Source: Octopus sinensis (taxonomy: Eukaryota). Taken from it: a DNA stretch of 64,000 nt. Below, piece after piece: positions 37,180-49,253 of the stretch (position 1 is its first letter; each line of letters begins with the position of its first letter). Below the pieces are notes generated by a model. That model made no database searches. It was not told where the DNA came from and saw only the letters and a list, made by a program, of their open reading frames with translations. The translations under genes were made by a program, and so were the position numbers. Location of the stretch: positions 89,156,001 through 89,220,000 of the forward strand of contig NC_043005.1 in the NCBI RefSeq assembly GCF_006345805.1, in the 5' to 3' direction.

Positions 37180-39290
37180 CGTAGCTGGGCATTCGTTGTG
37201 ACAAGACGTACTTTTCATAGCTCCGGTCAAAGTCAGTAGCCAAAGAAGCATATTTCAACTCAACCCAGCAGAAACTCTCCTTGTTTTTAGTCCCAGAACT
37301 TTTGAATTCTACAATTCTACTATTCTACTCTTTTACTACCATCGGAGGATAAATTTATACAAATCTATATACAACCTGGAGAAAGAAATATAAACCAAAA
37401 CTAAACCCAAGACTAGTTCTAAAACTAGTCCCGTGAGTACAATTCTTTTTTCTTGATATGTATTAAACACACCGCTCATCCTGATTTGTACTAAATACAC
37501 TGAACTCTCCCACGCACACTCAGATATAGCCACGCATTTCCGAATATATCGACACAAACTTTTCAACGGTGTATTCACTATTATACATCAAGCCATCAAT
37601 TTAACTGACGTACAATGTATAATACTGTCCCACTGAATATGGCCAATAATATTCAAAAACGCCACTGGGTTGAAAATGAAATCACTGCACTGATAAACGC
37701 TTGGTACACTCACCACAACGAAGCTAATGTTTACAGTAAAATAGCTGAAAAATTAGCAAAACAATCCTTTCACAGATCTGTAAAACAGATCGAAAGTAAA
37801 ATAAAAGAGACTGTAAGAATATTTCCTATTTTCCACACGCACATGGCAACACTAGAAGCCATCCTTGTCAATGAATGTAGTGCACCAAATGACCCAACTC
37901 CAACAGGTCAGGGGTCACTTCAACGACCCGATAGCCAACAACAAACATCTGACCTAATTCCACCCAACACTACCTTGGCAAGCCAGGACTCACTATCACA
38001 ACAACAACAGACTGCTTCTACTACTACATTGGAAGCACCTTGTTTAGCACCAGTATCTGACCCAATTCCACCCAGCCCTACTGTTGCAAGTCAAGTTTCA
38101 CTGCTGCTACAGCAACAACAACAACAACAACAACAACACTCTGCTACTGTTACTACAATAGGACCACTGACCAACGAGCCTGCCAGAATAGAAAAACCAC
38201 TACCACACCCACATCAAACAGTCTGCCATTACTATTCTCAAGGCAACTGTAGATTTGGCCCCAGCGACACCAACAACAAGGGACGCTGTGCTATTTTCCA
38301 TCCTACATAAACGACCTTTCCAGTGTCGTACATTACTGCAAAGTGAAAATATTTGCTGATGACACTAAGCTCCAGCAAATCGTCAATGAAGGAGCAGACC
38401 GAACTCAACTCCAGTCTGATCTATATGCTGTGAGTCAATAGGCAGACAGAAACAAAATGCAACTGAACAAGGGAAAATTTGAGCTGATGCATTTTGGAAG
38501 AAATTCCTCACTAAAACAGCCATGCTCTCTTCCTTCAGGGGAACCGCTCACAGCCTCTAACAATATCAGAGACCTGGGTGTAATTGTTGATGACGATCTC
38601 AGTTAGAGTGCACACATCAACAAGAAGGTCGATATAGCTCGTAGGATGAGTTCCTGGATCTTAAGAACTTTCCAGTCAAGAGAACAAGGTGTCATCATAC
38701 CACTTTTCTCCTCCTTTGTACGGCCACACCTCGAATACTGCTGCCCACTGTGGTCTCCCCATACAAGACAAAACGAATTGAAGGCATGGCTGCTCTCGAT
38801 TATTGGGATCGCCTTAAAGCCTTGAAACTCTACTCTCTCCAGTGTCGCCGTGAGCGGTACATCATTTGTACGATGTGGAGAATATACCGCCAACTTGAAC
38901 ATTAGCTTCAAGGTTCATCCAAGACTGGGACCACGGGCCATACGTCCCCTGCCCAATTCAAGATCACAGCATACATGTACATGTACACTGCAACATAATT
39001 TCTTTTCTTCAACAGGCCCTGCCTTATTTAACATTGTCCCGAAAGAGATCAAAGAGGAAAAGGATCCCATCAACTTTAAACGGAGTCTGGATAGATTCCT
39101 TCAAGGAATACCAGATAAGCCACCCATTATTGGATACAACTCACCCAACAAAAACTCACTACTTGAATGGACCATAAACACAACTTGAATTAAACAGGAT
39201 TCAAATAATTCTATCAGGTGGTGCTATTAAGTTAGACATGGCCTGGACCAATCTTTGGTCAAAACATATCTAAGTTTATATAAATTTCTT
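37180..39290 (+). mobile_element. Internally deleted CR1/L2-group LINE (5' UTR, ORF1, 3' third of RT); same family as 20460-22945
   Basis: ORF1 joins directly to YINDL...KIFADDTKL...MQLNKGKFELMHFG...RPHLEYCCPLWSP. The 3' end ggtgctattaagttagacatggcctggaccaat is shared with ~22870-22900. The 5' boundary is approximate. Confidence 0.8.
37615..38310 (+). CDS. LINE ORF1-like protein (231 aa): trihelix Myb/SANT-like N-terminus, Q/P/T-rich linker, CCCH finger
   Basis: ATG-initiated ORF; W..NEITALINAW...VYSKIAEKL.KQSFHRSVKQIESKIK; CHYYSQGNCRFG...CAIFHP. Confidence 0.65.
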   Translation: MYNTVPLNMANNIQKRHWVENEITALINAWYTHHNEANVYSKIAEKLAKQSFHRSVKQIESKIKETVRIFPIFHTHMATLEAILVNECSAPNDPTPTGQGSLQRPDSQQQTSDLIPPNTTLASQDSLSQQQQTASTTTLEAPCLAPVSDPIPPSPTVASQVSLLLQQQQQQQQQHSATVTTIGPLTNEPARIEKPLPHPHQTVCHYYSQGNCRFGPSDTNNKGRCAIFHPT

Positions 39291-39415
39291 ATATATATAT
39301 ATATATATTTATTTATTTATTATAAATATATATATTATATATATATATATTTATAATATATATATACTTATTATATATATATATTATATATATATTATGT
39401 ATATATATATATATT

Positions 39416-39482
<67 letters not shown>

Positions 39483-39577
39483 TATAAATATATATATTTA
39501 TTATATATATATATATATTTATTATAAATATATGCATTTATTATAAATATATATATTATATATATATATATATATAT

Positions 39578-41218
39578 TGTTTTTGCTTGTTTCAGCTTAG
39601 AGCTGCGGCCATGCTGATGCACCGCCGTTTTGTGCTACACTGTTATTACGAAGAACCTCCTCTAATATGTGGCACTTGGTGAGGAATGGAGTTTGACATA
39701 GCTACTCTCATTTGCACCTCTTGCCGTGAGGTAGGTTCATTCGGGACTCTCGACAGGAAGGTGTTCAGCTTTGATTTAAAAACTGCTACATCTACTTTGT
39801 GCAAGTTCCTCAGACTCTTTGGGAGAATATTAAAAAGCTGTGTACCCTTAAAACCCAGGCTGTTGTAGAAGCTGGTCCTGAAGCGTGATGGCATTGCTGG
39901 GATCTTTGGCACTATGCAGTGTCGTCCCGTTCTAGCATTGGTGTAGCTTACAATGCCAAAATTTGGCACAATTCCTTCCAGGATCTTCCAGACATATATT
40001 ACTGCATACCTCTCCCGTCTTCCCTCTAGGGAGTAGAGTCTTAGCTGTTTCAACCTTTCCCAGTAGCTGAGCTGTTCCAAAGAGACGATCTTCTTTGTGA
40101 ATCTTCTCTGGATTGTTTCAAGGTCCGCTGTTAATTTTACACTGGTGGGTGACCATAGCTGTGAGCAGTAATCCAGGCGGCTGAGGACGAATGTCCACCA
40201 GAGGACCATCATGGTTTCCTTATCTCTGGTTCTGAATGTTCTTAGGATCCAGCCAGCCAGTCGTCGCCATCCTGGTAATGTGCACTTGGAAAGAGGTATC
40301 ATCACTCATGTTGATACCCAGGTCCCTCAAAGACTTAGGCTTTGGGATTGAAATTCCCTGTGGACCGGTGTATCCTGTAAGTTTAATATTCAGTTTTGGA
40401 TGCTGGTAGCGCAGGGCCTGGAATTTTTCAGCATTAAACTGCATATTATTATCCTCAGCCCATCTGTAGATTGAGTCCAACTCCTGCTGCAGGTGTGCAA
40501 CATCGCTGGGGTTCTGTATTTTCTGCGAGACTTTCGTATGAGTGGCTATCCGGGCATTTGAGGGCATATCTGAGGGCATATCTGAGAGGGCCACTATAAA
40601 AAGCAGTGGTCCCAAGACAGTGCCCTGTGGAACACCGCTCACTATTTGTGTGTTCATAGAGGCGGCTCCATTAACCACTACTGCCTGACTCCTATCTTTC
40701 GGGAAGTCATGTAACCACACTCCAAGTTTTCCAGCTATGCCGAGGTCACGCAGTTTGTGGCATATCATACCATGATCCACCTTGTCAAAAGCTTTTGCAA
40801 AATCAAGGTAGATTACGTCCACATTTGATTTGTTGAGTAACTGCCTCAACACCCAGTCATAATGTTGTAAGAACTGGGTCAGGCAGCTCCTACCTGGTCG
40901 AAAACCATGCTGAGTATCACTCAGCAAGTTATTTTCCTCAAGGAATGCGATTAGTTTCTTTCTGACTATCTGTTCCATGACTTTGGTGATGTGTGAAGTC
41001 AGAGAGATAGGCCTATAGTTTTTGGCATCTGCTCTACTTCCCACTTTATGTATTGGGCATATTATTCCCTCCTTCAGCTTTCTTGGGAGTTTGCCATTCG
41101 CAAGAAAGCTCTGGAAGAGAATCTTGAGGGGTTTTGCCAGGGCATGCTTACACGCTTTGGGGAGGATTGCTGGAAACCATCTGGACCAGCAGTTGAGTTT
41201 GTGTCCACTTCATCTATG
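39578..41218 (-). mobile_element. CR1/L2-group LINE (RT to 3' tail), running into the gap
   Basis: NYRPISLTS, QHGFRPGRSC, DFAKAFDKVDHG, GVPQGTVLGPLLF, LSRLDYCSQLWSP; tail ggcggtgcatcagcatggccgcagctctaagctgaaacaagc. Confidence 0.92.
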
Positions 41219-41318
41219 NNNNNNNNNNNNNNNNNNNNNNNNNNNNNNNNNNNNNNNNNNNNNNNNNNNNNNNNNNNNNNNNNNNNNNNNNNNNNNNNNN
41301 NNNNNNNNNNNNNNNNNN
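41219..41318. other. Assembly gap (100 N)
   Basis: Direct reading; followed by ~950 bp of degenerate (TA)n. Confidence 0.99.
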
Positions 41319-41430
41319 TATATGTATGTATAATATATATATGTATGTGTGTATATATATATATATGTATGTATATATAATATATATATTATATGTATGT
41401 ATACATAATATATATATAATGTATGTATAC

Positions 41431-41466
<36 letters not shown>

Positions 41467-41712
41467 ATTATATATACATACATATATATATACATATTAA
41501 TAGATATTATATATACATATATACATACATACATATATACATATATATATATATCTTATATATAACTACATACCTATATACATATATATATATTCTCTAT
41601 ATATATATATTTATATAGATACAATATATATATATATAGATATATATATATATATATATATTATATATACCATATATATATATATATTATATATACATAT
41701 ATATATATATAT

Positions 41713-41762
<50 letters not shown>

Positions 41763-41887
41763 ACTATATATATATATATAGTATATATACATATATATAT
41801 AACTATATACTATTATATATACATATATATCTACTACCCATACATATATCTATATTATATATACATATATATATGTATATATATATA

Positions 41888-41931
<44 letters not shown>

Positions 41932-42022
41932 TACATACATATATATATATATCATATATATATATATATATATATACATATATATATACACATACTATAT
42001 ATATATATGTATATATACATAT

Positions 42023-42077
<55 letters not shown>

Positions 42078-42236
42078 ATATCTATATACACATACATATA
42101 TCTATATATGTAATTATTATATATGTTCGTATATATCTACTTACATCATATATTATATTATATATATTATATATATATATACACATACTCTATATCAATA
42201 TATATCTATATATCTAGATATCTATACGTATATATA

Positions 42237-42277
<41 letters not shown>

Positions 42278-42285
42278 CACACACA
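41319..42285. repeat. Degenerate (TA)n low-complexity tract
   Basis: Direct reading. Confidence 0.97.
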
Positions 42286-42353
42286 GATGCATGTTTATAT
42301 AGTTATCTAAGAATCTACATGTCAGGAAAATATGCACTCATATGTTTTTCCAG

Positions 42354-42437
42354 TAGAGTAGGTATCTTAATCAGCATATACAATATTGTAGATCCATTAC
42401 ATTGGACCTTACCAACGGGTTTCGCACCGGATATTAG
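42354..42437 (+). CDS. Candidate internal exon of an unidentified gene (84 bp, phase 2 to 2)
   Basis: tttttccag| and ag|gtaaca; [27 protein letters not shown]; non-repetitive island. No homology recognised. Confidence 0.35.
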
Positions 42438-43199
42438 GTAACAAGGCAGCTGTCTAATACACATGCTCTTAGGAGAGCAGTTGCTATGTTTTGTTTTTTT
42501 CCATACGGGCATCTCTGTAGGCATGTATATTAGATAGCCACCTTGTTATTTAATATCATCCGGTGTGAATCTGATTGATAAGAATGGCTGTAATACTGTA
42601 TCCTTCATCATCATCATCATTTAACATCTGTTGCTCATGCTGGAAAGGGTTGGACTATATATACATGTGTATGTATATATATGTTTATATATATGTTTAT
42701 ATATATGTTATACGTGTGCATATATATATGCATATATGTGTATATATACATGTGTGTGAGTGTGTTTATATAAATGTTTATATATATAATATATATGTAT
42801 GTATATATATATATATATATGCATATATTTATATCTATCTATCTAGTGTCAAAAATATATATATGTGTGTGTTTGCACATGCAGGCACATGCTTGCACAC
42901 ACAGACACACACACACATTGGAGCAGGATGCAGTTTTTGAACACATTGGATCCTGTCAAACACTATCCAACCCAAACCAGCATGGAACATAGGTGTTATA
43001 TGAAGATAATGATGACAATGACGATATATATGCATGGTGGCTGCCCCCTCGTTATCGAGTATGGCCATTGCACGAAGCTTAATCAATGATGTTATCATGC
43101 AATGCCTGTGCAAGAAGATTTTTTTTAAAGTGAGGAAAGGCTGTGCACTGAGTCAATCCCACTCACTAAGCAACAGCAGCCATAATCCGAAACGAAGAA

Positions 43200-43590
43200 C
43201 AAGTCAACATCATCGGTAACCACTGAGCCGCAGGTTTTATATCGGAGTCATCCCAGTTACCTGAGTTACCTTCTCCTAGAAGGATACCCTAACAAAGGCT
43301 AGGAGTCCTTCACTCCCAATGGTTTAACCGCGCAATCTGGTTTTCAGTCCGATTATTTCTATGTCCTCATGCATGATACAGCCTTATGACATTTATTGGA
43401 TGGCCATTGACTCTCAAGAGTTCCTCTGCCCTTTGACGGGTTTTGTTTTTCATCCTGCAGGGTGTCCAATAAACACCCTCCTCATCAAGCAAGCTTGGTG
43501 GGGTTGCCAGTTTAGTCGCCGACGGCCCGACCATGCAACAGGTTGTACTGGGTTACATGTTACCAGTAGCACTCGAAAGTGACCTGACAT
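43200..43590 (-). mobile_element. RTE-type 5' UTR remnant
   Basis: Minus strand contains ...ctaggagaagg... resembling RTE 5' UTRs; second copy at 29655-29790; HDV-like fold near its 5' end. Confidence 0.5.
43507..43562 (-). ncRNA. Degenerate HDV-like ribozyme fold
   Basis: Minus strand: P1 taacat (expected gaccat), J1/2 gtaac, P2 ccagt, P3 aca, L3 acctgt, P3' tgc, P1' atggtc, GG, P4 gcc(gtc)ggc, J4/2 gaCTAA, P2' actgg. Confidence 0.5.
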
Positions 43591-44019
43591 AATATACATA
43601 CATACATATATATATATATGGATGGATAGATGGATGAACAAATGGATGGACAGACAGACAGAAGATTATATATATACGTATGTATGCTTGTGTATATATA
43701 TATGTCATCATCATCATCATCATTTAACATCCGCTTTCCATGCTGGCATGGGTTGGACGGTTTGGCTGAGGGCTGGCAAGCCAGAAGGCTGCACCAGGCT
43801 CCAGTCTGATCAGGCAAAGTTTCTACAGCTGGATGCACTTCCTTATGCCAACCACTCCAAAAGTGTTGTGGGTGCTTTTTACGTGCCATCAGCACGAAGG
43901 TCACTCAAGCAGTACAGGCATCAACCACACTCGAATGCTGCCCTTTATATGCCACCAGCATGGGAGCCAGTCAGGCAGCACTGACAACTATATATATCTT
44001 TGTATTATGTATATGTGTG

Positions 44020-44119
<100 letters not shown>

Positions 44120-47100
44120 ATATAAAGTATGTCGTAACCAAATATGAGCAAAGATTAACTCTTTCCAGTTGAGAAAACTGATTACTCGTTTTACTTAGCT
44201 TGCCATATTCAGTTTCATTTCTACAGACTAAATCTGGCAACCATAAAGATAATGTTTATTAATTAAACCTTTATGTAGACACCTAATAAGACAGATTCAT
44301 TTTAACGAGGAACATAAAGAATATGTTATCAATTAAAATTCCTAAAAAAAAAAGAAAAATACATCAGAAACTCAAAAATAATTGGAAAATATATTTGATG
44401 AGATAGGTAACTATGTGTTCAGGTGTTCTGTGGTAAGAATTTGCTTCCCAACCACATGGTTCCAGGTTCAGTTGCACCATGTGGCACCTTGGGCTAGTGT
44501 CTTATACTATAGCCTCGGGCTGACCAAAGCTTTGTGAGTAGTGTAGTAGGTGGAAACTGAAAGAATCCCATCTGCATGTGTATGTCTTTGTGTCTCTATT
44601 TGTTCCCCCTCCACCACCACCACCACCATTTGACAACTAGTGTTGGTTTGTTTATGTCCCCATAACTTAGCAATTTGGCAAAAGAAATCGATAGAATAAG
44701 TGCCAGGCTTGAGAAAATAAGTACTGGGATCGATTCATTCGATTAAAAATTCTTCAAAGTAGTGCCCCAGCAATAGAATTACTGACGAAGACGACGACGA
44801 CTGTCATCATCATTTTTAAATGTCCATTTTCCCATGCTTGCCTGGGTTGGACAAAGCTCACTGAAGCAGATTGTTTGCAGCCAGTTACCGTTTCTGTTCT
44901 TAGCCCCCACCTCTTCTAATATGTTGTTTAGTTGCAGGGATCAGACGAGAAACCAAAACTTCAAACTGATATAATTGATTTAATTTTTAGTGGTTCTCAA
45001 CCATTTTGTTTTACATATGATGTATGTGATCCCTACTTTACCCTACTGGACCTACATAATCATATGCTCTACACCAAAACACAATCTTACTGTACTTTTA
45101 GAATGAAATATTTTTTGGAATTGTGTAAAATAATTTAAAATGTTTTGTGCATTGTAGAAGTACAACCAATTTATTTTACTCATAAATTTTAACAACAAAC
45201 CCTTATATGGACCCTGGATGAGAACCACTGGTTTATATTATCTTATTGTAGCCTGAAGATGTTCACCAAAGGGTTTAAATTAGACTTGTTTGATCTGTTG
45301 GAAACAACAGCTAAATCTTCCTCAGATTACACTCAGCTGTTTTAGAAAAAAAGGACACCTTGAATAATGTTATCTGTCTCTGATCTCATGAACCTGCTCC
45401 CAATTTCTGGGAGAAAAAGAAGCAGAGCTCATAAGACAATGGCAGAAGCAAGTAAGACGAGTTCCAACTGGACTTGGTTAAGGAAAAATTGGAAATGAAT
45501 TTCAGAAGGCATAATTTACTGTTTGTACAATAGGCATCTTAGACAGAAATGGTTATGACATGTGAAGTACCTTGACTCTGGGACACCCTGACTACCGAAG
45601 AAGGTGTAGGTTTCAATATAGACAGTAACACAGGATATGGCAGCAGAGGGGTATCCAGGGGTCATGGACCGGATGCAGCCTGACCTTTTTAGAGTGTAAG
45701 GGGATAAGGGCTGAAACATTTGCATGATGGAGCTTGAAGCTTCTTCTCTGAAGACCTTCAGCTGTTCAGTTGTACCTTCAGTCTCTTACTACCCTACCCT
45801 ATATATATTATATCTGACACAAAAAAAAAAAAAGAAATCAAAAAAATGAAAGCCCTGATGGAATGGTCACAGCTTGGAATGTTTTTGATGATAAGTCTGT
45901 TGGATGAAGCCTGATTTGGGAGGGGAAGAATAACAGGTAAACATTAGTGAAATGAGTTTGTAAATTCGATTTTTTGGTTTATTGACAACCACTTCAGTAG
46001 TGCACTAGGAGGTGGCATAAATACAATAGCACCGATTTCATTTTATTCCTCTTTGGTGCCATATTTTACTGTTTCCTGCACAGGCAACAGCAAACCATTC
46101 TAATGACAGGGACTTCAGAAGATATGCCTGAAAATATACGTAATTCATTAGGGACCAAAAAATGGATAGTTTGAAAGTTGCTGCATGAGAGAGCCAGAGT
46201 TGTTGTTGAGGAATGCAGATTTAGAGATAGATAGACAGAGAGAGAAAGAGAAAGAGAAAAGATAGAAATGAGAGAGGGAGTTGCAGATGAATGTAGCTTT
46301 ATAATCACTTTAGATTATTAACCACTTAGCATTTAATCTGGCCATATCCAGCCCAAATATTCTACCTGTGTTATGTTGAAACTGACCAGATTCAATCTCT
46401 CACACCTACCTTTCAACATCATTCAAAAATATACAAACACACCATTGAAATCTTGAAGCTACAAGAGAATGTGTGATAATTCCAAACAATGTGAAGAAAT
46501 AAGCATCACATTTGACAGAATAAGCTGAATGCAAAAAGGTTAAATTCCTCTGAACTTTTTTGACACAAACTTGCCTGAAACTGTTCTTGGTTTTATGATT
46601 CAAATTCTGTTTTAAAATTATCTTAATTAAAACCTTTCATCAAAATTTCATGTTAATTTATGTTCCATATAACAGCTTAATAAAGACAAAATTATTTTAC
46701 TAAATTCTTAATTATTTTAAAAATTAATTGAAACAATGACAGTGTCTTTCAACAGAAATACCCTACAACATGGGTTCAGTGTCACATGACCAGCCAACTC
46801 AAAAAGTACCCTTAGATTGTAGGGCGACATGCTGTGCTTGAGAAGACCTATTGAGTCAAGTACATCAACATCAAAATGAAATCAAATCACAATCAAATGG
46901 AAATTGTAGTTGTGGTCTCCGTGCTGGTAACACATAAAAAGCACCATCCGAACATGGCCGATACCAGCACCACCTTCACTGGCTCTCATGCCAGTGGCAT
47001 GTAAAAACCACCATCCAAACATGGTCGATGCCAGCACCACCTTGACTACCATCCAAAAAGCCCCAACTGGCTTCTGTGCCGGTGATATGTAAAAAGCACC

Positions 47101-47369
47101 ATCCAAACGTGGCCGATGCCAGCACCACCTTCACTGGCTCCTGTGCCAGTGGGATGTAAAAAGTACCCACTACACTCTCGGAGTCGTTGGCATTAGGAAG
47201 GGCATCAAGCAGTAGAAACCTTGCCAAATCAGATTGGTGCCTGGTGCAGCCTCCTGGCTTTCCAGACCCAGTCGAACCGTCCAACTTATGCCAGCATGGA
47301 AAACGGACATTAAACGATGATGATGATGATGATGATTTATATTTACAGTATATTTCAATATTGTTTCAG

Positions 47370-47420
47370 ACTCCATTTACCACCAGGTGTCTCATTCGTG
47401 AATGGTTACATTCATATAAG
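47370..47420 (+). CDS. Candidate micro-exon (51 bp, phase 2 to 2)
   Basis: ttgtttcag| and ag|gttgga; LHLPPGVSFVNGYIHI; phase-compatible with 42354-42437. Confidence 0.3.
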
Positions 47421-48039
47421 GTTGGACACAAACTAGGAACTGTTTATTTTCAAATTAAGGTTATTAAACATCCCTCTTCATTGACAGTGGCTCAGTGAAT
47501 AATGATAATGGAATCTCTTTAGCGCAATTTTAGTTATGTTAAGAATGTGGATGAAAGGAAGGACTAAAAGTTTATTTTTCAAATGAAGGTGGGGGGGGGT
47601 TGTGAGTTGGGATAGGAGTGGTTGGAGCAGCAAGGACATAGATTTATTAGTTAGCCTTTCTTGTCGCACGGCAAGGAGTGGCAAAGTGAGATTTTCTGAA
47701 TCAGCAAAGCAAACAAGAGTCACAGAAGACATGCAAAGAGAGCTGTGTAAAATAAACATTCCAGAAGCTAACACCTGCTTTATTTGGGAGAGCGTCTCCT
47801 TCTGTGTCCGTTTCAGTGCTGGCTGTTTGTGAATCTGACTTATATTCATATTCATTTTATGTACATTCATACATACAGACATATAAATATGTGTGTGTGT
47901 GTATACATACATTTTTATGTATACTTATATAAATAAATACATGTATATACATTATATTATATATATATTAATAATAATATGACAACAAAAGAATGAATGA
48001 GACTTCGATATTATGTAAAATAGAGGAATTTATCTATAA

Positions 48040-48212
48040 ATATAATATGTGACAATTAGTTGGTTGTCATAATAAAACTCAAAGTTTCGGATGCCAGAGT
48101 CTGAAGTCTGCTCCGACATCTCATCAGTTATTGAGAGATGCTGGAGCAGACTTCAGCCCCGGCATCCAAAACCCTGAGTTTTATTATGACAACCAACTGT
48201 GACATATTATAT
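48040..48212. repeat. Imperfect foldback (~80-bp arms) built from a hammerhead-bearing segment
   Basis: gttggttgtcataataaaactc...gaagtctgctcc is mirrored by ggagcagacttc...gagttttattatgacaaccaac. Confidence 0.88.
48071..48132 (-). ncRNA. Type I hammerhead ribozyme motif, core intact
   Basis: Minus strand: aataa-CTGATGA-gatg(23 nt)catcc-GAAA-ctttgag-TT-ttatt; stem I aataa/ttatt. A damaged + strand copy is at ~48131-48185. Confidence 0.7.
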
Positions 48213-48290
48213 ATACATATATGTGTGTGTGTGTGTGTGTGTATACACGCACACGCACACACACATATAAATATATAAATATATATATAA

Positions 48291-48328
<38 letters not shown>

Positions 48329-48332
<4 letters not shown>

Positions 48333-48609
48333 TAAGCAATAAAGGGTTTAGCAATGAATTGCCTTACCACATACCGAATTTAGAAATAGCAGTCAAAGAG
48401 TTATAGCTATTTCTTCTACTAAAAAGGGAGATCTCAGTAAAAACAGCAATTGGAAGGCAGACACAAACAGTTTGTGTCTGCCTTCCAATTGCTGTTTTTA
48501 CTGAGATCTCCCTTTTTAGTAGAAGAAATAGCTATAACTCTTTGACTGCTATTTCTAAATTCGGTATGTGGTAAGGCAATTCGTTGCTAAACCCTTTATT
48601 GCTTAGTAT
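48329..48609. repeat. Near-perfect 281-bp palindrome (140-bp arms, 1-nt spacer)
   Basis: Centre aaac-a-gttt at 48469; one mismatch seen (gcaatgaatt vs gcaacgaatt). Confidence 0.95.
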
Positions 48610-48705
48610 TACTTAAATTTTCCTCTAATGAGGCTTTTACATGCCGAAGACTACTTGGTGTAATTGATAATTATTCCAAATTAATTAATTTCACCCTTCA
48701 TTATC

Positions 48706-48743
<38 letters not shown>

Positions 48744-48748
<5 letters not shown>

Positions 48749-48996
48749 CCTTATAACACCACCAAGGGATGCACCATAACCAGTCACACAGTATCCCACC
48801 CATGAGGAATCAATGCAGGATGCGTTGAAATGATTGTTGTGAGCAACAAAGTTTCTCATCTATTCCATTTTCCATCTCTACCATTTGTTTTATTTATGTA
48901 TGTGTGTATGTATGTATCTATTTATATAAGTATGCATATATATATATATGTATGTGTGTGTGTGTGTGTGTATGTATGTATCTATTTATATAAGTA

Positions 48997-49036
<40 letters not shown>

Positions 49037-49057
49037 TACTTATATAAATAGATACAT

Positions 49058-49088
<31 letters not shown>

Positions 49089-49253
49089 TACACACATACA
49101 TAAATAAAACAAATGGTAGAGATGGAAAATGGAATAGATGAGAAACTTTGTTGCTCACAACAATCATTTCAACGCATCCTGCATTGATTCCTCACGGGTG
49201 GGATACTGTGTGACTGGTTATGGTGCATCCCTTGGTGGTGTTATAAGGGGTAT
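48744..49253. repeat. Inverted duplication (~200-bp unique arms plus microsatellites) centred on (TA)n
   Basis: ataccccttataacacc...ttttatttatgtatg is mirrored by catacataaataaaac...ggtgttataaggggtat; one substitution plus microsatellite differences. Confidence 0.93.

Noticed and set aside
41319-42290. Many long Y/I/C/V-rich ORFs in the track, also poly-K/R at 23901-24239 and poly-L/S/H elsewhere
   Set aside because: They are translations of microsatellites.
44989-45231. hAT-like MITE (agtggttctca...tgagaaccact)
   Set aside because: Only an 11-bp TIR match and no 8-bp TSD; plausible but not supportable.
46084-46139. Candidate exon QQQTILMTGTSEDMPENI (phase 2 to 1)
   Set aside because: Weak donor, no homology, and phase-incompatible with the 47370 candidate; it remains an unsupported alternative.
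48625-48655. CTAATGA-ggc..gcc-GAAG as an independent ribozyme call
   Set aside because: Both core strands are mutated and stems I and III cannot be formed; noted only as a possible remnant.
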